From contig NC_092678.1 of NCBI RefSeq assembly GCF_964355755.1, forward strand, positions 1,442,422-1,506,421: 64,000 nucleotides of DNA. Reading direction: 5' to 3'. The DNA is from Antedon mediterranea. Its lineage: Eukaryota; Animalia; Echinodermata. Both the position numbers and the translations under genes were made by a program. Positions 52,039-64,000 of this stretch are shown here, in pieces (positions within the stretch are counted from its first letter, which is position 1; each line of letters starts with the position of its first letter). The notes below the pieces were generated by a model. That model was given only the letters and a program-made list of their open reading frames with translations. It ran no database searches and was not told where the DNA came from.

Positions 52039-55000
52039 ATGGCAGTTGGAAGAAGTAAAAGCAATGTTGTCCATATATTTATGTATTTTATAGGATTTTC
52101 ACTCTTTTTGACAGGTAAGATAGTTTTGTTCTAAGGGAAATATTATCTGAACATTTTAGGCCTAATTAGTTTTCCATAAGATTACTCTTATATAGGCCTA
52201 TAGTTTTAATTTTTTATTTGTTTGCTACGGCTTAGGCCTAAAAGTAACAATAATTTGTGAAGGCAAAACCATGTCTATAATTTAAAAAAAAACGATAATT
52301 GGGTACCAATATATATAATAGTTATTTTAATTTGTAAGATTTTTCTAGGCCTAAACGTAGTTTAGCAACAATTATGCATCATTTTGTTTCCTTTATTCAA
52401 GTTATTGGTGAGCTGGATGTGTGGTCTGAATGGTCAACATGCTCTAAGACGTGCAGTGTTGGTATTCGTTCACGATCACGCAACAGTTGTGGTGACAATG
52501 TGGTATACAATGAAACAACGACATGTTTAGAAATCGAACAAGAAGATTGTGAGGAAGTACAAAACTGTCCTGGTATTTACTAATGTTTACTCTATTTTGC
52601 ATCATGACTCCTCCTTCGGCTTCGATTAGGCCGCTCGATCGACCGTTTCGGATTAGACCGGTTAAAAACACTAACATTAAACGAACACAGATTCGATCTG
52701 TATAGTGTTGCCGGACACTTGGTTACACAGCAATGTGTTAAGCTACATTAGTCAGGGGGGAAGAATACAACTGTAATTTGTTTGTCTCTCTATGTTATGT
52801 ATTGTGTTTTGTTCTTTTCAGTTAATGGTGATTGGGGGGATTGGCAGCCGTATTCTGCCTGCTCAGCAACCTGTGGAACCGACGCTTTTCGAAGCCGAGA
52901 CAGAGTCTGTGACAATCCACCAGCACAATACGGTGGTGAATCTTGCTATGGTGAATCGAGATCAACGCGTAACTGTGGCTTTGAACCGTGTCCGAGTAAG
53001 TGTTCAAGATTGTACTTTAAGCTGATTATTGTGATCTTTGAAAGGGAGGCGTGGCTTTGGACAAATCTTTGTCAACAATTCCAATGTTGTACAGTTACTC
53101 TTCTCTGATCCGTTCACATACGTTAACTCTCCTTTTCGTTATAACTCCGATACCTCTGATACTCCGATATGTTTCTGAGGTACATCCGGTAAAACTAGGC
53201 CTAATTCCGATTGTTTCTCAGAATGTGACATTGAAAAGCACATCATACTAACGGGAGTTTATCGGGTGGTTAAACTTTGCGTTTGAACTCGGGTCTAACT
53301 CCGATATAGACCGCGATTTAACCCCGATTAAGAAAATAACGTGAAAAAGCTAATAATATCATTTGTTATTGACAGTTGATGGTGGTTGGGGAGAGTGGTC
53401 ATCGTGGACTGGTTGCAGTAAGACATGTGGAACGGGTAAAAGTGTACGTAAAAGATCGTGTAACAATCCAAAACCAAAATACAACGGTTTATCCTGTAAT
53501 GGAGAGAGTACAGGGAAGCGGACATGTACAATGGACCCATGTTTTAGTGAGACGCATTATTTTTTTCACAATGTCATGTTTTCGCCGAATTTAATTAGGC
53601 CTACACATAACTATGGCTTATTTACTTTGATATACGCAAGCACAATTTTTCCCCATGCAATTAAGGCAGAAATATGAATAATTCATTACCTTAATTCTAA
53701 TGAATTATTCATGATTTCTGCCTTAATTGCATAGGAAAAAAATAATGCATCCGGGCAATTTGGTTTCTACTATCCACCAAGTTTAGCGATGACTGGCTCT
53801 TAAGCTTGGTTCCCACTAGAACGTAGCGATGTCTGTCTCTTAAGCTTGGTTCCCACTAGAACGTAGCGATGACTGTCTCTTAATAACTTGGCTGCTATAT
53901 AGGACGCAACGCAGAGAACGTAGAGCAACGCAAGAAAGTTGACCAATCACAGTGCGCTTATACGCCCTTGCATTGCGTACTAGATAGGAACAAAGTTTAA
54001 AATAATCCTTGTTCAAAAATATTGTCTTAACCAACTAGGATCACTTCACGAAATAATTCATGATTGACGAATTAAAATCGTAGTTTATTTCTATTTTCTC
54101 CTTAGAGATCAGAGACTGGACTGAATGGTCAAAATGGTCCCATTGCTCGGATTGCGTCATGTATAGTAAACAAAGACGCACACGTCAATGCCCTATCCCG
54201 GAAGATGGAAAAAGTTTCAAATGTGATGGTTTGGCCATTGAATACCATAAATGCGAATCAGAGGCTGATTGTATAATAGGTACAGTATTACGCATTCCAT
54301 AACCACAAGTATTACGAGAAGAGATTTAATTCTGAAAATGTATATTGAGCCCTTGCAATTGAACATATCCAAGATACGTTGAAGTTTTAGTTTTCCTGCA
54401 CTCACAAAAAAATAGCATTATAATAATATTATCATAATATAGGCCTAATTATTTAAAAAAATTGACACAAAAAGGACTCGTCGCCGGGAATGCACGTCTG
54501 CTAATCCTGGCGCCCACTGCTATCTAAATCTATAAAGATATTTATTATTTCGGTTTAATATTATTGTAGGGGTGATTTGTTTTTACTCTCGGTGTTTTCA
54601 ACTTAAGCTACTCAATAATATTTTTATTTATTTCAAAATTAAAGTAATAATGTTTGTATTTTATTGTTTTATCGATATGTTCAAATTATCATCTTTTAAT
54701 CTAGAGGAATCAGATAAGGAAGAATTGGAAAATGAAGAGAGTAGCGGAGATGGTTGTGTTGGGGTAAGTTGAACACAACTGTAGTTCTTACCGCACTGCG
54801 GCAGTGCCGATAGTGCCGCTGTGGCATACGATAGAATACGATGCTTTCACTCGCACTGCGGCAGTGCCGATAGTGTCGCTGTAGCACACGATAGAATACG
54901 ATGCTTTCACTCGCACTCTGCGGCAGTGCCGATAGTGCCACTGTGGCATACGATAGAATACGATGCTTTCACTCGCACTGCGGCAGTGCCGATAGTGCCG

Positions 55001-55753
55001 CTGTAGCACACGATAGAATACGATGCTTTCACTCGCACTGCGGCAGTGCTGATAGTGCCGCTGTGGCACACGATAGAATACGATGCTTTCACTCGCACTG
55101 CGGCAGTGCCGATAGTGCCGCTGTGGCATACGATAGAATACGATGCTTTCACTCGCACTGCGGCAGTGCTGATAATGCCGCTGTGGCATACGATAGAATA
55201 CGATGCTTTCACTCGCACTGCGGCAGTGCCGATATAGTGCCGCTGTGGCACACGATAGAATACGATGCTTTCACTCGCACTGCGGCAGTGCCGATAGTGC
55301 CGCTGTGGCATACGATAGAATACGATGCTTTCACCCGCACTGCGGCAGTGCTGATAGACTCAGCCAATCATCATTGTCCATAATATTAATTGTCTCCCGA
55401 TATTTATTTTTTCCATCCAGAATGATTGCTGCGATGATGACGATGCTGATTGCTCACCACCTTCATATTCTTCAAGTCTGGATAAAACCACTACACAACC
55501 ACCTACTAAAAAATGTAAAAGATATTCTACTCCCGAACCCGGTATCGACACTCCTGAATCCGGTAACGAGAGTCCCGGTGACGTACTTTCTTATAGCGAA
55601 AGTAGCGAGGGTAGCGTGAGCTTATCCGATTCTGAATCGACGCCACAATTATCGTACGAATGGGTTGAATGTAAGGAGGAAGAAGAAGAAGAAGAGATTG
55701 ACGAAGAAGAGGAAAAGACAGGCAGTAGTAGCTTAGATGAATATTATGATTAA
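52039..55753 (+). CDS. Secreted TSR protein B, tandem paralogue of protein A lacking the TB domain and first TSR
   Basis: Exons 52039-52114 (signal peptide), 52402-52572, 52822-52995, 53376-53546, 54106-54279, 54705-54763, 55421-55753 (TAA). Exon-by-exon homologous to exons 1 and 4-9 of gene A (e.g. WQPYSACSATCG.DAFR in both). No internal stop found. Confidence 0.8.
54792..55357. repeat. 60-bp GC-rich hairpin minisatellite, ~9.5 copies, in the last intron of TSR gene B
   Basis: Unit GCACTGCGGCAGTGCCGATAGTGCCGCTGTGGCATACGATAGAATACGATGCTTTCACTC. Confidence 0.95.
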
Positions 55754-56318
55754 TTTTTACCGATATTCTTACCGATTATTTGGAAATTAGGCCTACGCTT
55801 TTACATTAGTAATATTATAGATAGATTTACAAAAATAACTTTTCACACATCACAATTACTTAGAATAGATTAACCAAATAGTTCAGGGTGAAAATAAATT
55901 GATATTTGATAGTTGTAAGAAAACTTTACGCTTAGGTTCCCATAAATAAACGAAGTAGGCCTATAGGTATATCACTGGACAGAGGCAAGCACGTGATATG
56001 AACATTTATAGTTAATAATTAATTTGTCAACGAATGACACATAAAAAATTGATTAATTTTTATTACATTACATGCAAGAATTAAATTATTTGTTAGGTGA
56101 GCCCACTTTTTTTCGTGGGCCAAATGATAATGGAAATGATCGTATTATATTATGATAGTAAGATTTTTGATAAATGATAAACAATAAAAATGTATCGCTT
56201 TAATACGATACTAATGTGGTTTTAATGGATGAGATGTTTTTTATCCCCAAAAATTGATATACAATACCGGCTCGATAAAAATACAGCTCCAGACTATTAA
56301 TGGAACATTCCAGGCTGC

Positions 56319-56358
56319 TTCCGGCGGGTTAATTTTTTTTTCAAACACTGCGCGCGCT
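56319..56358 (+). promoter_or_regulatory. Cell-cycle-type promoter elements upstream of CENPK (E2F/CDE-like GGCGGG, CHR-like TTCAAA, CGCGCG)
   Basis: TTCCGGCGGGTT, then TTCAAA (reverse CHR TTTGAA) and GCGCGCGC about 100 bp before the ATG exon. Short motifs, so inference. Confidence 0.35.
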
Positions 56359-56446
56359 TACTTGGTGTTTTTTAGTGGTGTGGTGGTGGTACAGTACAGT
56401 CGGCTCCTGTTTTCATAGATTTAAAAAATATACGTTCGATATAATC

Positions 56447-59400
56447 ATGGTAAGATAAACATTATTATTAATAATTATTCTATAAAGAACGATTACTCCT
56501 ACCGTAAGTGTAGGGACGTTCTGCTGGCTGGTTACTGGAACTGAGTAGGCCTAAAAGGCTAGACTAGGCTAGGCTAGGGCCTAGCCTACTAGAGTAGAGA
56601 GAGTCTTCTAGCCGGATCCTTCTAGCCTAGGCTACTAGCTAGGCCTAGGCCTAGCCTGTCGACGATCAAAATGTCAGGTTGAAACACGTCACTACTGCGG
56701 CCGGCTCAGTGTTTAGGCTAGGTAGTAGTAAGTACTACTGTGTCTGGGCCTAGCTGGCCTACTACTATTCTAGACTTACAAGAAAATATAAATACAGACC
56801 ATGATGACTTTTTGATACTCGGATTCATAATCATATTAATTTATTTATGTAGCCCTCCCGAGTCCCTGTCGCTTGGATTTTATACTTTTTTGTGTGCTTA
56901 TTTATTTATTTATTTCGTTTTCTTTTAGTAGGGTAGCCCTCTCAGTAATAAAATAAAACTGCTCTTCCGAGGGGCCCTACGGCACATTTAAACAAAATTT
57001 GAAAACAACTTAAACTAAACTTAAACTAAAACTTAAACTAAAACTATTTATGTAATATTATGCACAACAACTTGAAACTAAGTATGCAAGGATTTCGTTA
57101 TTAAATTCAAACAACTTGTTTACCACCAGAACTCATATTTATTTTTCAGGATGATGTAACTGCTGGTGCACAGCGATCTCTCATGACATCATTTGACCCA
57201 GGTCAACAGAGTCCGGCAACAGAATTAGAAGAAGCAGAAAACCAGTTAAAAATAGAAATTGAAGAACAATGGTTAAAACTGAACAAGGTGCATACAAGAC
57301 TATCCCTTCAAGGAATCAAAAGATATAATTCCATACAGGGATATTATTTCTTTTATAACAACCGATCTCAGATGTCACTAGTTTGATGAATAGACTACAG
57401 TACAATATTCCAGCCTTTTATTTTTGAATTTGTAAATTTGGCTACAGACTGAGTTATTTGACAAACAAAAATAAACATTATCAACAGACAGACATTTTTG
57501 GTATGAATGTCTACACTATCAAACTAGTTTGACATGAAAAGTGTGATGTACCCAAATATGGTAGTGATATGCCAAATGATATGGGGGTGGGACTATAATA
57601 CCTGGAAAAACATTGGTTCAGGAAAAAATGATTGGTAAGCATTTCTGAACCGGCTGAAGAGAGGCTTACACTCAGACCAAAAGTCAATACTGGGACTATA
57701 CCCGAGGATATGCTTGTTTGTGAAGTCAGACATAAAGTAAGGGGTGGGGATATAACCCAAGGATATACGGTAATTACTACAATATTACTTTTAATTGTAA
57801 ATGTTTTAATGTAAATTTATTCTTTTATTTTTCTACAGCTACAAGCGAAGTTAAATCAAGAAAAGAAGATTGGAAAAATAAATAACCCGGAATGTACAGT
57901 AAGTTACACTAATATTACCTATATTGTTTTACTGTTTAAGATACTGTACATTATTCAACTGATAAGATACTGTACATTATTCAACTGATAAGATACTGTA
58001 CATTATTCAACTGATAAGATACTGTACATTATTCAACTGATAAGATACTGTACATTATTCAACTGATAAGATGCTGTACCTTATTCAACTGATAAGATAC
58101 TGTACATTGTTCAACTGATAAGATACTGTACATTATTCAACTGATAAGATACTGTACATTGTTCAACTGATAAGATACTGTACATTATTCAACTGATAAG
58201 ATACTGTACATTATTCAACTGATAAGATACTGTACATTATTCAACTGATAAGATGCTGTACATTATTCAACTGATAAGATGCTGTACATTGTTCAACTGA
58301 TAAGATACTGTACATTATTCAACTGATAAGATACTGTACATTATTCAACTGATAAGATACTGTACATTATTCAACTGATAAGATGCTGTACATTATTCAA
58401 CTGATAAGATGCTGTACATTATTCAACTGATAAGATACTGTACATTATTCAACTGATAAGATACTGTACATTATTCAACTGATAAGATACTGTACATTGT
58501 TCAACTGATAAGATACTGTACATTATTCAACTGATAAGATACTGTACATTATTCAACTGATAAGATACTGTACATTGTTCAACTGATAAGATACTGTACA
58601 TTATTCAACTGATAAGATACTGTACATTATTCAACTGATAAGATACTGTACATTATTCAACTGATAAGATACTGTACATTATTCAACTGATAATAAACTT
58701 TTTTATAATTAATACTTTATCTTGTAAGCTAAATAAGCTATTGTTTCCCGGTAGATGTCACAGATATCTGAAGCTAAAGAAAAAAGATTACAAGCTGAAA
58801 TTGATGCCAATATTAAAACATCACCAAGCTGTGAGTAATAATTTGTTATTATATGTAAATGTTTTAATCTGTATTTGTTATTCATCTTGATACTTGCACA
58901 CAGTCAGGCTTGTCACAGAGGACACGATCAGAGCATATTTGGTCATATCACTACCATAGTCAGGCTTGTCCCAGAGGACACAAGAATTGAAGCTCTGTCT
59001 ACAATATAGAAAAATGTGAAGTGCCCATATGGACACGATCAGAGCATATTTGGGCATATCACTACCATAGCCGGGCTTGTGACAGAGAACATAAGAATTA
59101 AAGCTCTGTCTACAATATAAAACAATTTGATGTGCCCATACAGTATATGGACACGATCAGTACCATATTGGGGCTTATCACTACCATAGTCAGGCTTGTC
59201 ACAGAGGATACAAGAATTAAAGCTCTGTCTACACTATACAACTTTATGTGGCAAAAATATGTGATGTGCCCATCGGACATGATGATGTCATATCAGTTCC
59301 ATATTTGGACATATATCACTACCATATTTGGGCACATCACACTTTTTGCCACCAATCAAAGGCTCCCTATTCAATGCACAGAAACTAGTAGTGTGATATG

Positions 59401-62085
59401 CTTAAATATGGTAGTGATATGATATCATTTCCATATATGGGCACATCACATTGTTTTGTCACATAAAGTCTGATAGTGTAGACAGGGCTTAATATTTTTA
59501 ATTATATAATGTCTCTTGATCTTTAGTACTTAGCACAAATTCTGAGGTAATTGAGGCAGTTCTTTTGTCCGATCTTCAAACATGTGTTGAGCAGTTGAAA
59601 CAGACATTGTCAGTGGTAAAGACCCAGCGCAGAGAGCTTGTAGAGGAGACAGAAAGGTAACGTTATATATAGATTTTATTGATGACTATTGCTGGAGACT
59701 TGGTTTTGGAGTTGCGATCGACCCTCCTTTAAAAAATAAGTGCTAATCCTGTTTATGTATTAAACTCTATCCACACTCTAGTTTGACAAGAGAAGTGTGA
59801 AGTGCCCAAATATGGTAGTATTATACCTAAATACGGTAGTGATATGACATCATCATGTCCATTATGTGCACATCACATTTTTTTTTTGTCACATAAACTT
59901 TGATGGTGTAGACTGAGGTTTCCAGTAGATAACAAAACAATAAATTTTCATTTTAAATTTATTATTTTCAGGGAAAGACGACTCCTAAAACAACACAAGG
60001 AGGTAAAAGCTTCCATAGAAGAAAAGATTGAAGTAGAACAAAAGATTCCTGAAAAATCACACGATAGGTGAATACTGTTTTGTTTTCACAATTATTACAC
60101 AACCAAAGCTCTGTCTACACTATCAAACTAGTTTGACAAAAAAAGTGTGATGTGCCCAAATATGGTAGTGATATGTCAATATATAGGCACATCACAGAGC
60201 TTAACAGGTTAAGAAAATGTTCATAAAATCATTATACCAGGAAATAGCATTTTAAATCAGATGGTTACCAAGTTTGTTGTCATTTTCAAAAGCAATGCGA
60301 CTGACATAAAGGTGTCCCAGTACAAATGTCCATTTTTGCTTTGTTGACTGTGTTATGTTTATTATGGCAAATAACCCATAAATAATTTGTGTTTTGATGG
60401 ATTTTCACAAGTAAATTACAATAACCACTGGGTTGTAATATCATCTTTTTAAGTTGTGTAAATCCCGGTTTAATACCTTCAGTACAGCTTCTTTCTTTGA
60501 TATACGTATCATAAACACATCAAATTCATTACCTTATCACATTGTTTCAAGTTCAACACCTTTAAATGAACATATGACTTACACATAAAAACTATGAGAG
60601 GAGGCAGCCTATACGAGTAATACTCTTTGTCTCCTTATTTCACTTAAAGTAAGCAACATTTGAACATGTCATATACCGTAGGATTAAATTTTTGATAAGT
60701 GTTTGATAAACTGTTATTTTAAAAATTTTATATTTTTATACCATTTTTTAAGGATTCTTTTGATATAATTTGTATGTTCTTTATCAGTTCCTTGTTTTTA
60801 GGACCCAAGTGGAAATAAGTTTTTAACTTTTCTTGGCATTCCTTGTAATCAAGGCCTGTGTTTCTGTGCAATTGTTTTTTCTACTTTTTTTTTCATTGTT
60901 TTTATTGTTTTTTAACCTTGATTACTAAATAAAGAAATTCAATTCAAAATTCAAAACCGTACTGGTGAATTTACAACCCTGCTATATTTTAATTGATACT
61001 CTATTTTATCGATCATTAAATTATCTCTCTTTTTTTTTACAGTGAATTAAAAAACTGGGAAGAAATGAAAAAACGTTGGATTGAAAAACAAAAGAATTTA
61101 ATGAAAAATCTAGGCCAATTTGCTAAGCAACATTTCCCTATGCCAAATATTCCAGATAGCAAAAGGAAAAGGGTTTGTACATGTTAATGTTTAGCCTGGT
61201 TTTGATCAACTGTCTCTGGTGCTTACCACAAATAGCATGTTGAATTATAAGTATATACAACTATACACCACTTTTTCAAAACAGAAGAAACACAACTGGA
61301 ATAGTGTGTGTTATGGGTAACCACGACCAGTAGAAATGTTCACATAAGCAAGCAACTACGAATCACATTGCATGTGCCGTATATAGTAACCACGCTAGCT
61401 AGTCACAATTACTTCCATATTTCGACATAAGCACTCGCCCCACGGTTCCTTTCAATTGATTTGCTCTGTCTACACTATCAGACTTTATGTGACAACAACA
61501 TGTGATGTGCCCATACTGTATGTAGACATGATGATTTCATATCACTACCATATTTGGGTGCATATCACTACCCTATTTGGGTGCATCACTTTTTTTTTGT
61601 CAGAACTAGTTTGATAGTGTAGACAGAGCTATTCAACTCCATATATTAATATATATTTATCTATATTGACAGCATCTATCCGGTAAAACTGTTGATGACG
61701 ATGATGAGCTCTTTCAACTTTTTGAAATTTTAGAGGTAACTTGAAATGAGTTATTATTATTATTATTAAAACAATGTACTGTAATACACACCTTTTGATA
61801 AGGCTGTGTTTTCGCAGCCATAACAAAATTATCGCTTAATTTTTTAACCAATCAGATTAATTAATAAAAAAATAAAGTGATCAATACCAAACAACCAAGT
61901 GCCCAATGACAAAGCAACAATTTGTCCTTCAGGTCAAAGGTTAATAATTATCCCATTTGAATGAGATAATTACTGGTTAATTTTTCTTGAGCGGAATTGG
62001 TTAAACCCTGCTTCCACAGGCAGTTTATTGGTTAATTAGGTTATATGCATGATATGCATATAACCTCTTGATTCTGTCAGAATCT

Positions 62086-62132
<47 letters not shown>

Positions 62133-63838
62133 TTCTTTCCTTAGCACTATTTGTCCGTCAATTATCTTGGTATCAGTTTCATCTAACTAAGTCAATTTTT
62201 CAGAGTATATTCCTTATGGCCAGGAATCGATGTGGTTATGTTTTCACGGTGCGCAATCAAACATTACGCGGTCTACGCGCGATTTAACGAAATCACGTTT
62301 GTAATCATCTTCACAAGCATATGAATCACTTTTAAACAAAATTTGGTACTCGTAAATTTCAGGTCATATTTCATCATATGGCAATACAATTACGTGCGTA
62401 GCGCATATAACGCATGCGTACGCGCGCTTAAAATGTTCAAAATTGTCAGAATTTATTTTCGATGAAATTAGAGTACGTTTCAGGCAATTTTAAGCGTTTA
62501 AAAATGGCCATAAGTGCGCAGATTTTTGCACGCGCACTGCGCGTCAAACGTTATTGCGCACTGTTTTTTTCCGATTACTGTTGTATAACCTTTATTTAAC
62601 AATATCATCAAATTGTATTATCTTTTCAACGCCAAACAGCGTTATACGAGTACGTCAAAAGTGACAGGCTACGCACGTGTAAGTTAACAAAATGGTGAAA
62701 ATATGCTAAATTTTAAAATTAATATATATCGTTAGAATGCTCGGGAACACCGATTTTTTATTTCATTTTCTTGAAGTGTATGTATCATATGTATGATTTA
62801 TTATGAAATCAAGAGAACAAAAGTTGATTAAGTCATCATTAATGGCATATTAAATTTACAAAAATTAATTTCGACAATCAAACAAATTATAACATTTTCT
62901 TAGGCCGAAATAACAAACTTAACATTAACTTTCTTCCTTAAGAAGTTCATATATTAAAGTTAAAAGTATGTAGTTTGACAGTGCATCATTTTTAAAAATC
63001 TTTAAAGATGTCATCATAGTAAAACATTATAATTCATTGCGGTATGTAATAATCTATCTGCACCAAAGTGGTTACTGCATAGAAAATACACGGAGGAATA
63101 TTTCCATAATTTTTAGTCAGTTGTGTATGGCTCGGTGGTCTTTGCTCGTGTCTATAGCATTCAAGGTACCGAGTTCGAGTCTCAGCTTGGGAAACGAAAC
63201 GAAATAAGATTATTTTTTATTATCCGTATTGTTTGTTCAATTGTATTTCTTAGTGTATAGATTATACAGATGATTTATAATGAAATTTATTTAAAAACAC
63301 AAAATGTGGTTTATGACATTATATACGCAGAAGGATCTTTGATCGGATTATGATACCGGCTATTGTATTTGCGTTAGCAAGATCCTATCACATAATTATT
63401 ATAAATAACTAAAGATTCTGAGAAAATCAATCAATCAAAATATCTTAAATCAATCAATTATCTTTATTTAAATCAATGCATATAACCTATAATTCGTCAT
63501 AGTGACGAATTAAATCTAGTTATCAGTTAATTTTGATCGGTTAATTTTTCCCTGCGAAAATACGGCCTAAGATAGGGTTCACAAATGATAAACCAAAAAT
63601 TGCGTGTGTGAAAACAGTTTATATATGACTTGAATTTTAAACAGAAAAATTAAATTATATCAAATCGTTTTTGCAGGTTTTGATGAATAAAAGCACAGGT
63701 GAAGACAAGCATGACCCCTACGTACAGGTCACATCAAATTTTTGGCCCCCGTACGTGGAGTTGCTTCTACGATGTGGCATTGCCAGACGACATCCCGAAG
63801 ACAGTAATAGAATAGCCTTAACGTCGTACCACATGTAA
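56447..63838 (+). CDS. CENPK: Centromere protein K; 9 coding exons
   Basis: Exons 56447-56449 (ATG only), 57150-57287, 57839-57898, 58755-58830, 59527-59656, 59972-60067, 61043-61172, 61673-61735, 63677-63838. LGQFAKQHFPMP and C-terminal DPYVQVTSNFWPPYVELLLRCGIARRHPEDSNRI match the recalled CENP-K signature. Confidence 0.9.
57938..58694. repeat. 26-bp minisatellite, ~29 near-identical copies, in a CENPK intron
   Basis: Unit AAGATACTGTACATTATTCAACTGAT. Confidence 0.95.
61463..61630. mobile_element. MITE family A copy
   Basis: GCTCTGTCTACACTATCA...TTTGATAGTGTAGACAGAGC inverted termini with internal ATATCACTACCATATTTGG. Confidence 0.8.
62036..63520 (+). mobile_element. Helentron-associated non-autonomous element (HINE/DINE-1-like), ~1.5 kb, in the last CENPK intron
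   Basis: 5' subTIR TAGGTTATATGCAT (62037-62050) with adjacent inverted copy (62054-62066); (TTTA)n at ~62086-62133; 3' subTIR ATGCATATAACCTA (63476-63489); stem-loop AATTCGTCA-TAG-TGACGAATT (63491-63511); terminal CTAG followed by TT. Confidence 0.75.
63119..63191 (+). pseudogene. tRNA-like sequence (SINE head or tRNA pseudogene) inside the HINE
   Basis: A-box TGGCTCGGTGG and B-box GAGTTCGAGTC at tRNA-like spacing. No convincing acceptor or anticodon stems. Confidence 0.45.
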
Positions 63839-64000
63839 AATCACACCTCCGAAGTATCCTAAAAACTGTGAGAATTTTGCGATATTTCAGGTTATCTCCC
63901 ACCTTCCGCTAAATACGCAATTTTTCCCGATTGTTTTGGATTTACGATATCCAATAGCGTATACATTTACTATTACAGTAGTTGACCCCTTGTAGTTGAC

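Noticed and set aside
54696-55383. Several overlapping repetitive ORFs; possible hammerhead ribozyme array
   Set aside because: The ORFs derive from the 60-bp satellite. No CUGANGA core with a correctly placed GAAA was found on either strand.
44992-55753. Single long hemicentin/SCO-spondin-like gene
   Set aside because: Stop codon at 50598, a separate signal-peptide exon at 52039 and colinear duplicated exons indicate two genes. No Ig or vWD domains.
57938-58694. CRISPR-like appearance of regular repeats (also 529-853, 14755-15114, 54792-55357)
   Set aside because: Units are contiguous without unique spacers, there are no cas genes, and the context is eukaryotic intron or intergenic DNA.
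63119-63191. Functional tRNA gene (also B-box-like hits at ~8665, ~10198, ~38555)
   Set aside because: No complete cloverleaf; better explained as SINE heads.

Overview
AT-rich, intron-rich animal genomic DNA. It is probably an invertebrate (deuterostome-like gene set), but the taxon is not determinable from sequence alone. Six spliced protein-coding genes were reconstructed by hand from GT-AG junctions with consistent exon phases: KLHL12 (+, 4187-8550); a WIF1/Shifted homologue with only three EGF repeats (-, 11368-32773), head-to-head with CCDC66 (+, 33624-43033); a tandem pair of secreted thrombospondin-type-1-repeat (TSR) genes (+, 44992-50598 and 52039-55753); and CENP-K (+, 56447-63838). 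The first TSR gene has a properdin-like N-terminal TB domain, and both end in an acidic Ser/Gly-rich Cys-containing tail. Introns and intergenic DNA hold many non-autonomous elements: two Harbinger-like MITE families, a Tc1/mariner-like MITE family, piggyBac-like and Kolobok-like TTAA elements, a complete Helentron/HINE-like element, SINE and L2-like tails, and several minisatellites. The most notable observations are the properdin-like gene pair with a proteoglycan-like tail, 20-31 bp palindromic inserts with 7-bp GTnnnAC-type target duplications (possible P-superfamily footprints), TAGGCCTA clusters downstream of three promoters, and a candidate divergent multi-microexon transcript. Homology calls rest on recalled family motifs; no database search was run.
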